A stretch of DNA of 64,000 nt from a virus (lineage: Duplodnaviria; Caudoviricetes). Under the pieces are notes generated by a model. It searched no databases. It worked only from the letters and a program-made list of their open reading frames with translations, and had not been told where the DNA came from. The position numbers were made by a program, and so were the translations under genes. How positions within the stretch are numbered: the stretch's first letter is position 1; each line of letters begins with the position of its first letter. This document shows, one piece after another, positions 40,844 through 51,465 of the stretch. The DNA is taken from positions 1 through 64,000 of IMG/VR virus record IMGVR_UViG_3300042731_002921; one strand, written 5' to 3'.

Positions 40844-41944
40844 CTACATATTATACCTTATTTTTTTATATTTGTTCTTAATATCCCTAATCATAGAATA
40901 TGAAACTCCGTAGTCTTTTTGAATTTTACAAGGCCGTATCCCACAAATCAATAAATTATAAATTTCTTTTTGTATTTTTTCTGGTAATGATGCTCTTCTT
41001 CCAAGACAAGGTAAATCCTTTAACCAAATATCTATACTTCCAGCATTGATACTATATTTTTCTGCCAGTTTCTTCCTACTATATTCACCATTAAGATAAT
41101 CCTCCATTATTTTTCTTTTGTAGTATAATCGCCTAACATCTTCTTTAGATATTTTCCATACAGGTTTTTTCTGTTTAGCTGAAATTCCTTTAAGTAATTT
41201 AGATATTTTATTAGGGTCAATTTTATATTTCTTAGCTAATGTAATTTGTGTTATATGTTCATGTTTCCACTTATAAATTATCCTATCCTTCAAATCATTA
41301 CAAATATGTCTACCTGATTGTTTAGTTAAAAACTTATAAATATTATTATAATCACAGAGTTTTTCATGTGGAAAATTAAGATAAGGTTCTTTTAAGTTAT
41401 GTGATGCAATAACATCAAAAATCTGTGCAGCTTTTTTCTCATTACTGCAAGAACCGTAATATTTACCTTGAAAACGCACATGATACGTGTCTCCTACTTT
41501 AGTGATACCTTTATATTTAACACGACTTTGTTTATAATTAGAATTATTACCTATACTATCACTTCTATCACTATTCTTTTGATTCTGACTCCTTGTAACC
41601 CACCTAAGATTACCAACATAATTGTTCAATCTATTTCTATCTTCATGATCAACAATAGGTAAATCATCAGGATTCTCAATAAAACTCAAAGCCGCAAGCC
41701 TATGTACTCTGTAAGTACCTCTTGCATTCTTATGCGTTAATGTTACATAATGATATTTTGGTTTACCATATAAGGAAAGCTTTACAAATTTGCAATCTAT
41801 AATATTAAAAATTTTTCCGTAATTAGACACTCTGTATTTCTCAGATAAAATATTAGCATCTTTAATACCATGTAAGGGTAGCCATACTTCTTTTATGATC
41901 ATCCATTGTACTCCACTAAAGCGATTCCAATTCTTCCCATTCAA
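40844..41944 (-). CDS. NUMOD4-HNH homing endonuclease with AP2-like and multiple HTH domains
   Basis: YRVSNYG...VHRL.A..FI.NP...VDH.DRNRLNN...NL.WVT...N; C-terminal HTH-like repeats. Confidence 0.9.
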   Translation of the reverse strand: MNGKNWNRFSGVQWMIIKEVWLPLHGIKDANILSEKYRVSNYGKIFNIIDCKFVKLSLYGKPKYHYVTLTHKNARGTYRVHRLAALSFIENPDDLPIVDHEDRNRLNNYVGNLRWVTRSQNQKNSDRSDSIGNNSNYKQSRVKYKGITKVGDTYHVRFQGKYYGSCSNEKKAAQIFDVIASHNLKEPYLNFPHEKLCDYNNIYKFLTKQSGRHICNDLKDRIIYKWKHEHITQITLAKKYKIDPNKISKLLKGISAKQKKPVWKISKEDVRRLYYKRKIMEDYLNGEYSRKKLAEKYSINAGSIDIWLKDLPCLGRRASLPEKIQKEIYNLLICGIRPCKIQKDYGVSYSMIRDIKNKYKKIRYNM

Positions 41945-42517
41945 TCTCCTTGGTCTCTTTTATTTTAACAATCTCAAAGTTATCATCAAAGAATTCAACC
42001 ATAGTTTCTATATTTCTCATTAACTCATCACGAAGATCTTCTCTTATGTAATCCTCGTATCCAAACAAATTTAATAAAGCTTCTATATATTCACCATTTT
42101 CATCATTAGATAAGTTAAAGTATTCCTGTAGTTTATCAATCATAACATTATTCTTTCTCCTGGTAAGGTCTAACATGATACAAAGGACAATCAACAGCAG
42201 TACAATGTTTAATCTCGTATATACTTTCCCCAATGCACTCAAAACAAAAAGCATCAATACAGCACCTTAATGAGTTTTTATTATCTTCCCACCTCTCTTT
42301 CGGGTTCTTTGGATTAGCTTTCTCAACCAACCCGTTCTTTAGTTTTTCTTGATAAGCTTCCCTACCTGCTTTAAGCGCATTCATTACATGTTCAGAAGTC
42401 ATTATATTTCCTTATTAGTTTAATACTAAATTTCAATGTTTAGATCAAGGCACATATAGTTATACCATTTCTATGTGTACCTTGATATTTTATATCTAAA
42501 GTAATATAAGATCCAAT

Positions 42518-42997
42518 CTAACTCTCATAATATTCAACCTCATCAAACCCTTCTTCTTTTGTTGGTTCTTCATATCTTTCTTTCTTTTCTCTATAAACCT
42601 CCCTCCACTTCTGTTCAGAAACATCTCCGTGATTGTTACTTAATCTTCTTTCCACATGAATATCCTCTCCAAGATCAGGAAAGACAATAGCTTTTACAAC
42701 ATAACCAAATTCTTTAGCCTTTGTGATAAAATATTTTCTATCCTCTATTGTTATATTAGTTTCATCAATAATAATATCTTTTACTCCAAGATAAAGTAAA
42801 GATTCAAAAGCAGCTTTGATCATTTTGTCTATTCTTTTTTCAATAAAAAGGTCATAGATATATTCTTTACCAACCTCTGCTGCGAATATCTTTCTTAGTT
42901 CATCTCTGCTAAATTGTGCTATATCACGCTTATCTCTGCACAAAGTACTCTTACCTGCTGCTATCGTACCTACTAAAATAGTTACTGTTTCCATCAC
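42518..42997 (-). CDS. P-loop kinase (polynucleotide kinase/AAA_33-like)
   Basis: ILVGTIAAGKST...SRDELR...IIDETN. Confidence 0.85.
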   Translation of the reverse strand: MMETVTILVGTIAAGKSTLCRDKRDIAQFSRDELRKIFAAEVGKEYIYDLFIEKRIDKMIKAAFESLLYLGVKDIIIDETNITIEDRKYFITKAKEFGYVVKAIVFPDLGEDIHVERRLSNNHGDVSEQKWREVYREKKERYEEPTKEEGFDEVEYYES

Positions 42998-44126
42998 ACA
43001 ACTCCTTTATTTCTTTCTTTTTTATCTTTCTACACTTGACCTTGATAGTTTCTCCTGATTCATGAAGGTTACACCACTCTTCTTGTGTACAATCGTCCTT
43101 ATAATGGAACCTTCCGTGTTTACAATGATTAAGACAATGCTCAGAGAATCCTTGTTGTCTTCTTTTGTCTATTATATTACAAATATATAATTTATCAAGG
43201 TCTGTATTTTTTAAGTTCATTATCTTCTAAAACCTTTATAATTTATTTTCAAATTGTTCATGTAGTCTTTTTTCTAAATGACAAAACAAACAGTCAAAGA
43301 ACTCATAAGAATCAATTTCACCTTCTTCTAATAGTCCTTGTAGACCTTCAAGAGTACATCCAAGAGCTTTAGCCCCTTCTCTATAAGCACAAGGAAAATA
43401 CTCACACAATTGCCCTCTAAGTTCACAAGATGATACTATACCTTCAGATAGCATAATTTCATACACAAGCTTAATTTTATTTTTATCTTTATCAGTGATA
43501 CCCATGACATAACAAATAAAATCTAATTGTTCTTTGTGTCTTTTATTCACAGCAACCTCCTGAAACACTACAAATATTTTTATCTTTCTTTCTTTATCTA
43601 TCCATCAATTCATACTTTTTATTTTATTATCAATAACTTTGCTAAGATACCAAAATAACAATTCTTTTTCATAGTATTCATTAGACTTAATGAACAACTT
43701 ACACCACACTAAAGCAACCTCTAACTGTTCTTTTGTATTACATGAATTAACAACATTACTTATTTTATTTAGACTTTCTTTAAATTCCATTATTTAAAAC
43801 CTTTAAATATACCATTAAAGAGATCAGTATCAAAAATATGGTTATATTTTTCTTTCATCTCATAATAATTATTAATACCATTACTCCTTATGCTATTGCA
43901 ATGCTCACAAACAGGAATGAGTTTTGGTGATATTTTACCTTCTTCTATGATAGCCAAGAACTTACCACAGTACACACAATGTAATTTTTTAGACATTTAG
44001 TTCGTATCCTTCCATGATAAAAATCCCCATAAGTTAAAACCTATAGGGATTCTATTATATTAATTGATTATTGTAAAGTAAAATATTTTTTATCTGCTAC
44101 AATTCCATGAAGCAAGATTTTTGTTA

Positions 44127-44501
44127 TCATAAATTTTCTTTATATTTTGTGTAAGCAATCATTTCAAGGTAATGTTTTGCTTTTCTTAAATCCTCAATGC
44201 CATTTTTCTTATCATGCCTAAAAGTGTACTTAATTACATTAAACTCACATATATCAAGATCATGAACTATACACCACTCAGTTACATCCATAATTCCTGG
44301 TACTTTATAATGAGACCCACCAACTTGTGATTCAAATGGATTTTTCAATTCAAGATCTTTTTTGGTTTCATGTACACAATCTTCATAAATGTTTGATTCA
44401 GCACAATTACAATCATTTACCTTAGTAAATTCTGGAAATGAATGAGATTTACAGCATTTCTTATCTTTTTCCTGTACTTCCAAAGCCACCTCTACTTTCA
44501 T
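44127..44501 (-). CDS. DUF3310-family protein
   Basis: QVGGSHY...NVIKY..R...KNGIEDL.KA.HYL. Confidence 0.85.
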   Translation of the reverse strand: MKVEVALEVQEKDKKCCKSHSFPEFTKVNDCNCAESNIYEDCVHETKKDLELKNPFESQVGGSHYKVPGIMDVTEWCIVHDLDICEFNVIKYTFRHDKKNGIEDLRKAKHYLEMIAYTKYKENL

Positions 44502-44886
44502 TATTAAGAGTTTTTACTTCTTCAAATTCAATCTCTGGCTGAATTTTTTGAATCCTGAATTGGCAAATTTTATCTCCTTTTTTAATCTTATTAATCCCAA
44601 CAGAGTATACTGGTAAATGCCAAATATCATTATCACCAGAGAAACTGTTGTCAATTACACCAATCGAATTAGTCTGTAAGACACCCCATGTTTTAAACGT
44701 ACTACTTCTTGGTGCAAGTAAAGCTTCATAGCCTTCTGGAAGTTCCATAGCAACACCAAGATTGATCATATATTTTGTATTCACATTAAGATCATAATCT
44801 TTGTAAGCAAATAAATCCACCCAATCACCTTTAGAAATCTTCTTTAATCTTGTTGCCCCAGGCAAATATTTAATCTTAATCTTCAT
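44461..44886 (-). CDS. dut: Trimeric dUTPase
   Basis: DWVDL, APRSS, GVID..F.G, QF and RGGFGSTG motifs. Confidence 0.95.
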   Translation of the reverse strand: MKIKIKYLPGATRLKKISKGDWVDLFAYKDYDLNVNTKYMINLGVAMELPEGYEALLAPRSSTFKTWGVLQTNSIGVIDNSFSGDNDIWHLPVYSVGINKIKKGDKICQFRIQKIQPEIEFEEVKTLNNESRGGFGSTGKR

Positions 44887-45068
44887 ATTAACCTCCAAAA
44901 TACTCATCAATAGTTTTATCTCTGTATCCAACTGACTTACACAAAGGAATGATAACTTCTTCGATGAAATCATTCATATCCATATCACTCTTAGCAATAT
45001 ACATACTACCGCCTCTGATTTCTTCTTCTCCTGAAAGATCAGATATTTCCTTCCACGTTAATTCAAAT

Positions 45069-45332
45069 TTATTCATTATTCATCACCTTTTCATATAGTT
45101 CATTAAAGAACTCATTCTTTGCGCGCTCTTCGTCAAACTTACTTTTATACGTCAAAGTAACCATCCTTTTAAAATCACTCTTTGTAACACCAAAAATTTC
45201 TTCTACTGATTTAGCAAGCTCAGTTAGATCAGCTTTAGCATTCTCTTCTGCTGCTTTAAAATCACAACCATCTGTTTCAACGATATTCTTAAGTTCTTTC
45301 TCCTGCTCACTTGTTAAGTTAATTTCAGTCAT
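45069..45332 (-). CDS. T4 DsbA-like double-stranded DNA-binding protein
   Basis: Size and the L.E.AK...E.FGV....F.RMV.L.YK..F.EE....E....LYE.V pattern. Confidence 0.6.
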   Translation of the reverse strand: MTEINLTSEQEKELKNIVETDGCDFKAAEENAKADLTELAKSVEEIFGVTKSDFKRMVTLTYKSKFDEERAKNEFFNELYEKVMNNE

Positions 45333-46547
45333 TATTCTCTCTCCTCGTAATAAATTTCAAGATAATTATTTGTCCATTCTTTTGCCATTTTATCTTTTAC
45401 TTAATCATGTTAAAACAATGAACAACGTTTGATATAAAAGCAAACAACACAACAAAAAACCTAAAATATATTTCCCAACTAAAACTTAATGAATACTCTC
45501 AAGTTATTCTACTTAATTAAAATCTGCACTAAAATATAAGCATTATAACGTGGATCTTTTTGGTTATCAAGGATTATTTTAAAATAATAATATTCTTTCG
45601 TTTAAAATATTAGAGTACTCTCTCATTATATTTAACTGCCTTGTGAGAAGTTCATATTGTTCTGGATGCATAGTTATTGGTTAACCTGCTCCAATAAAAT
45701 TATATAATTTTTTAATTCTATTATCCAATTCTTCCTTTTCTTCTTCAATCATCTTTTGCAAGTCTTTCATATTTTACCCTTTTTATTTGAATAATTCTTT
45801 TAAATAATCTTCCTGTGTTGATTTATTAAATCTTATTGATTTATCACTAAACTTAAAAATAAAATGCTCTCTTAATACATCATTATCTTTAATAAGGTTA
45901 AATACTTTTTCATAACATTCACAACGTTCACATATTCTTTCATGATCTTGAATTCTAATATCCATGTTTGGGTGATCAATAGCTTTTTTGATATACACTA
46001 AAGCTAAAACAGTAGTTCTACCTGTACCCCTGCCGCCTGATATAAGCCACTCAATACTTTTAAAATGCTGCGCTTGGTCTGGCGTTAATTTCATTAATCA
46101 TTCTCCTTATTAATAAATTTTACAATTTTCTCAAGAACTTCTTTTATCATTTTAACTTTATCGACTATAGTTCCCAATTAACCTTTATCAAATTCAATAT
46201 CAAACTATCTTTGATTAATATCATCGTGGCTATTACAATTAAATTGTACTTTCATATTTTCTCTTTTTTCTATATTTAATGTCATTTCTTTTGGCATAAG
46301 CATTTCCTCTTGGATTTATGCACTGTTCCCATTTCTTTGTTATTGAATTAAAGCGAGCTACAGGAATATCTCCATAATCTTTAGTGAAATCCCTATGAAG
46401 TATTCCGTTAACTTTATGAACATGCCAACATTTGCGGTAGATTTCTACAGGAACATCTTCCCAAATAACCAATAGGCCTCCTTATTAATTAGCTCTGCGT
46501 TCACATCAATAATGCAATCTAACATGAACGCAGATGGTTGTCAATAG

Positions 46548-46985
46548 TTATTTTAGCTTAATAATCTCCTGGTTCTTACTCGCGAGTGTAATCCCAAACA
46601 AAGGTTCTTCATAAGACTCAGAATTGCACCTATATTCTCCAACTTTAGCGTAAGAGAGGTACTGTTTGATGTTTTCTGGTATGTCTTTCTCTTGAAATCT
46701 TGTCCATAGCATAATTTTCTTTTTGAATTGGTATAAGTATTTAAGCATTAATTCTAAGGAATTGATGTTATTCAATAAAGGTTCGCCTCCCATAATCCAG
46801 ATATATTTTATCATGTTTGTTGAAAGATATTGTCTGAATTTCTTACCATATGTTGTCCAATCTTCACCTACGTTGAAATTCCAAAGAGACTCGTTATGGC
46901 ATTGAAGACACTTTCCATCACAGCCACTGACAAAGATTGAGAGTGCTTTATTATTAAGATCGTAATCTATACCAGCAATATTCAA
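46548..46985 (-). CDS. nrdG: Anaerobic RNR activating enzyme (radical SAM)
   Basis: FVSGCDGKCLQCHN (CxxxCxxC), GGEP; probable TTG start overlapping the HNH stop. Confidence 0.9.
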   Translation of the reverse strand: MNIAGIDYDLNNKALSIFVSGCDGKCLQCHNESLWNFNVGEDWTTYGKKFRQYLSTNMIKYIWIMGGEPLLNNINSLELMLKYLYQFKKKIMLWTRFQEKDIPENIKQYLSYAKVGEYRCNSESYEEPLFGITLASKNQEIIKLK

Positions 46986-47650
46986 AACGCACCTCTTTCT
47001 ACATGTTTCCATGCTTTATTATTCTTTATGTTTGAAATTATATTATCACCTACACCAAATCTCTTAGCAATTTCTGTTTGTTTTAATTTCTTCTCTGAAA
47101 GCAATCTGAGAATTTCAATAACATCATCCTCATTCAACTTACTGTTGGTTACTTTTGAGCCTTTTTGTCCGCGACCTTTATTTATTATATCATCTATATT
47201 ATCTTGTTGAGTTCCTTTAAATAAATGTTCTGGATTAACACAAGACGGGTTATCACACGTATGACACACAATATCTTCATCTGAGAGAGTATTATCTTTA
47301 TAAGAAAAATAAGAAAATCTATGTGTCAACCAATGTTTATTATATTTTGAATGATTTATTTGCCAATGACCATAACCACTTGTGAGTTTATGTGCATTCC
47401 AATTCCAACACTCAAATGGAGATTTCATTTCAAAATGTTTTTCAAAGTTATCAACAGGGTCTTTTGGTTTATTAGAACATCCACATGTTTTTCTTTTTCC
47501 TAAAACTAAATCTGAAGCATTTGCAAAAGAATATCCTCCACAAGAACATTTACACATCCACTTTGTATGACAATTTTCTTTAGTATCAAGTGGATATAAA
47601 GCTTTTAATTTTCCAAATTGTTTATTTTCAATTGTTTTATATTTATTCAT
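46982..47650 (-). CDS. HNH homing endonuclease between nrdD and nrdG
   Basis: CWNW...GYG...THRFSY...VCHTCDNPSCVNPEHL..GT..DN; N-terminal C.CSCG and C-terminal HTH. Confidence 0.9.
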   Translation of the reverse strand: MNKYKTIENKQFGKLKALYPLDTKENCHTKWMCKCSCGGYSFANASDLVLGKRKTCGCSNKPKDPVDNFEKHFEMKSPFECWNWNAHKLTSGYGHWQINHSKYNKHWLTHRFSYFSYKDNTLSDEDIVCHTCDNPSCVNPEHLFKGTQQDNIDDIINKGRGQKGSKVTNSKLNEDDVIEILRLLSEKKLKQTEIAKRFGVGDNIISNIKNNKAWKHVERGAF

Positions 47651-50600
47651 TACCAACACCTTTATAAAATTGTCTGTGAGGGAAATCTAATGTACGTCTT
47701 ACTTCGTTCCAGTTAGCGACATTTGTGCAGAATCCTACAGTTCGGGTTATGTACCTGTCAACGTTACAACCACAAATTGGACAAACTTCAGCATCAATAA
47801 ATACATGATTATTCTTACACCTCTTCATTACATAATTTACACTCCAATAAACAACTCCACATTTAGCAGCATAATTCATAAGATCAACCATCGTCTGTTT
47901 ATTTTTAATTTCTTCTCCTATATTTATATGGCAGACACAGCCTCCACTGAATTTATTATCAAATTTACCTTGTAAACGTATTCTTTCGAGCATATTCGCT
48001 GTTGTTGTTAATGGAATAAACTGATTACTATAAAGATGATATTTATCTTGATATTTAAGGGTTCTATCCCTTTGTGCTAATTTCACAGCAGAAGATTCAC
48101 TTGGTGTTTGCTCACAAGAATGAGGACTTTTGAATCTCTTTGCCATTTTATCATTTTCTTCATTAATAATATCTAAAAGTTTAATAACAAAATCTTCACC
48201 GTTTTCAGAAGTGATATCATATCCAAGAATTTCAAGAGCTTCATTTAAACCATTCACACCATAAGTACTATATTGTTTTGATAAATCCATATGACCAAGT
48301 GTATATAATGGCATTGCATTGAGTTCAATTCTTTTTTTAATAATATTTCTTTTACAATTATTGATTTTTGCTACTGTTCTCACGGATTCTTTTAGAAGCT
48401 CAATGAATTTTTCATCCTTATTATTATCTTTCAATGCAATATAAGCAAGTCTTGGGAAATTCTGAGTTACTACACCAATACTCCCGATCTTTGTACTTCC
48501 TGCACCAAAACTATTAAAATATTCATTTTCCTTGTCTGATCTCAATCGGCAACATCCTGAAATTACTGAACTTTTTCCATAAAACATATTAATAAAACCA
48601 AATTTCATATTTTGTTCTGCGATATACCCAAGGAAATTTTCATCTTTAATCTTACCATCCTCTACTGTAAAACAGGCAGTAACAATAGGAAATGTCAATT
48701 CAGACCTTTCAAGTTCCTCATTCATCGCTTCGATAAAAAGCTTCTGTACTTTTTTAATCGTATCAATCTTAGGAGATTTCCCATCTGCAAAAATATAATC
48801 CCCTACAAGTTCTTCAAGAAAATAATCATCATATATAGAGACATTGGTGAATGGACTTTGGTTCCCTCTGAATTCCCAATTAAGAGTGTAAATAAAACTT
48901 CTTAGCTTTTCAGAAACATATGTCCAAACCCTCTCTTTCTCGCCATTGAACTCATACCAAATATTAATTTTACCATCATCCCCACATTTTTCATCAGAGC
49001 AATCAAAAATTCTATCTACATAATAACTCGCAACAATAAGTACATCTGCAATACCAGTAGCTCCAAGAGTAGAGTTAGCGCAATATACGATGAACTGTTC
49101 CATTTGTCTGATAAAACTATCAAGACTCTTTGGAGGCTTTACGGTCATTCTTCTGGACATAGTAAGCCCCTCAAGGGCAACATCGTAAGTGCTATAGTTA
49201 AAGCAATTATGGCAATAAACACCGTTGCTTGAAAATCTACCAGTTTCTGTAGTTATGTCATAAACCCATTCACCTTTCCATGGCATTTTTTCAATTTTAT
49301 GAATACCACCGCCTTCAAATCTACCATCAATTTTTCTATTTTTGAAAACGACATCTTTATGTTTATTTGCTTTTACACAATAGTTGCAAAATTCTTCATT
49401 ATTACAGACGAAGGATACCCTGTACATCTGAAGCTTAGATTTAAAAGATTTCTCGGAATGTTGTTTACCTACCAAAGAAGTTCTTATTCTGTTGAAACCA
49501 AGTCTTTCACATAGTGCAGCTACTTGTTGAATTAATGCAAAAGATGTGACTCTAATGTCAATCACACCTGTTAGTTTATTAATTGTTCCATCAGTATCAA
49601 CTATCCCAGCTAATAGAGCTAAAGAAGAATCCTCATCTAAATTGTTACTAAATGTAGGTAGATGTTTATTTTTTGCACCAACACCAATCATATCTGACCA
49701 GTGTGTTTTAGTAAATGGGCCATTAGAAAGACATAGTGTCTTACCACCATTCACAGTTGTATCAAAGTATTTATTAAACTTACTGTAGAAGTGTGACTCT
49801 GCTACATTCTTTTGTGTAAAGCCAATCTGTCTGCCTGTATGGCCATCACCAATCATAGCACCAACTAAATAGGCTAATTCTGGAGTCATATAATCACAAT
49901 CAATAAAAGTATTCTTAGCTTTACGTGCTGTTAAAACAGCAATATCATCTTTTGAAAGGTTCTTTGCTTCTAATCCGTCTTCATAATCTTCTGTTATAAA
50001 CGGGTGGTCTTCAGTGACAGAAAGAATAGACCCTGATTTAGTTTCTATGTTTAAAAGATCAGTATGACTCCTGTGTCTAAGCACTCTTGACATTGGAACG
50101 AAATTCTTACCATCAAAAACTTTAATACCTTGACTAAATAAGTTGATCTCCTCCATATCATCTTTAATATCTACCAAATGAGAATATTTATTAAACAATT
50201 CTTCCATTGTAATCTCACCATTTTCATCAGTCAGAATACTTGTTTGTGGGTGATATGAATATGGACGTGCTACATCAGAAAAATCATTTATGTAAATTTC
50301 ACCAGATATCTGTTTTTCAATAATCTGATTCGCCTCTAAAAGACCATAAGATGTCCTAAGTTGCTTCCAAAGTAAATAATGCGAATTATATTTCTGCAAT
50401 GGTTTTTGAAACTCAAAATTATAATCAATAACACTTCGTCCGCTTATATTACTATTATCATCAACACTAACATCAGCAGTTGTTGTATTATTATTAAAAA
50501 AATCCTTAGAAAACTTATTCAAATCAAGCTGATCACCTATACCATTTTCCGTGAAAACTCTTCTTCCGTATTTAGCCCACAAGTGCATCATCAGAGTGTT

Positions 50601-50657
50601 AAAATCTTCATCCCAACCAATTTTGATATACATTCCATTCTCCTTTAAATTAACCAC
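47643..50657 (-). CDS. nrdD: Class III anaerobic ribonucleotide reductase large subunit (intein-containing)
   Basis: RPY|CF, NQSPFTN, GCCRL, GSIGVVT.N, Zn-finger CPICG and glycyl-radical motif RTVGF. Confidence 0.95.
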   Translation of the reverse strand: MVNLKENGMYIKIGWDEDFNTLMMHLWAKYGRRVFTENGIGDQLDLNKFSKDFFNNNTTTADVSVDDNSNISGRSVIDYNFEFQKPLQKYNSHYLLWKQLRTSYGLLEANQIIEKQISGEIYINDFSDVARPYSYHPQTSILTDENGEITMEELFNKYSHLVDIKDDMEEINLFSQGIKVFDGKNFVPMSRVLRHRSHTDLLNIETKSGSILSVTEDHPFITEDYEDGLEAKNLSKDDIAVLTARKAKNTFIDCDYMTPELAYLVGAMIGDGHTGRQIGFTQKNVAESHFYSKFNKYFDTTVNGGKTLCLSNGPFTKTHWSDMIGVGAKNKHLPTFSNNLDEDSSLALLAGIVDTDGTINKLTGVIDIRVTSFALIQQVAALCERLGFNRIRTSLVGKQHSEKSFKSKLQMYRVSFVCNNEEFCNYCVKANKHKDVVFKNRKIDGRFEGGGIHKIEKMPWKGEWVYDITTETGRFSSNGVYCHNCFNYSTYDVALEGLTMSRRMTVKPPKSLDSFIRQMEQFIVYCANSTLGATGIADVLIVASYYVDRIFDCSDEKCGDDGKINIWYEFNGEKERVWTYVSEKLRSFIYTLNWEFRGNQSPFTNVSIYDDYFLEELVGDYIFADGKSPKIDTIKKVQKLFIEAMNEELERSELTFPIVTACFTVEDGKIKDENFLGYIAEQNMKFGFINMFYGKSSVISGCCRLRSDKENEYFNSFGAGSTKIGSIGVVTQNFPRLAYIALKDNNKDEKFIELLKESVRTVAKINNCKRNIIKKRIELNAMPLYTLGHMDLSKQYSTYGVNGLNEALEILGYDITSENGEDFVIKLLDIINEENDKMAKRFKSPHSCEQTPSESSAVKLAQRDRTLKYQDKYHLYSNQFIPLTTTANMLERIRLQGKFDNKFSGGCVCHINIGEEIKNKQTMVDLMNYAAKCGVVYWSVNYVMKRCKNNHVFIDAEVCPICGCNVDRYITRTVGFCTNVANWNEVRRTLDFPHRQFYKGVGNE
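49206..50258 (-). mobile_element. Intein (351 aa) with LAGLIDADG endonuclease in nrdD
   Basis: Starts SYHPQT, block B VTEDHPF, LVGAMIGDG and LAGIVDTDG motifs, ends VYDITT...CHN before Cys. Confidence 0.92.
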
Positions 50658-51465
50658 TGAAAGAAAATCCTTGCAAGATCATTACAAGGACTCTATTCAT
50701 AATTTATATTAATTAAAATATTTACACTACAAAATCTCTATACTATTTCTTATACCGTTTGTACAGATCTCTATACTGTTGCTTATACCGTTTGTACATA
50801 TCTTCTGTACAACTCCAATCAGCTACAGCAAAATCAAGTTCTTTAATAAAATATTTTATATCTTTGTGTGTACAATCACTTAAAAGTTTATCAATTAATT
50901 TTTTCTTTGTCAATTGTTTTTTATTATCAGTTTTTTCTTTATCATTAAGTTTCTTAATCTCATTCTTCCACAACTTCATATACGAAATATAATTTCTAAA
51001 ATTATAATCAAAACAATCATCAAGGGATTCAAGCTCTTCATTCTCACACCCAACCTTCTCTGTTGAATCCATCCATGATTTATAATACTCAGCCATTTCT
51101 TTATAATATTTAATCATCTTTGCATTCCTTTTCATATATTTCATGTTGTCTTTTATATCATTCGTACATTTTTTCCGTGAATCCCAATATTGGAATGAGC
51201 TATCTATGTCTTTTATTAACCTTATAGTTTGATTTTGGCTTAGTTATCTTACAATATCAAATACAAGATCATCTACGTCATAAACTGTATTGAGTTCAAT
51301 TCTCATACAAACTACTACCTTTATACTCCTCATCTAAAAAATAAATCTCACCTCTCCAAGACGATTCTTTACAGTATCTAATAGCTTCCTCCTTAGAATT
51401 AAATTCTTTAAATTCATAATCAGTAACAGTATGGTAATCGTTGTCGAAAATACATATCTTAAACT

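Noticed and set aside
45783-46094. Possible terminase or helicase fragment (GGRGTGRTT)
   Set aside because: The P-loop lacks the catalytic Lys and there is no Walker B; left unannotated.
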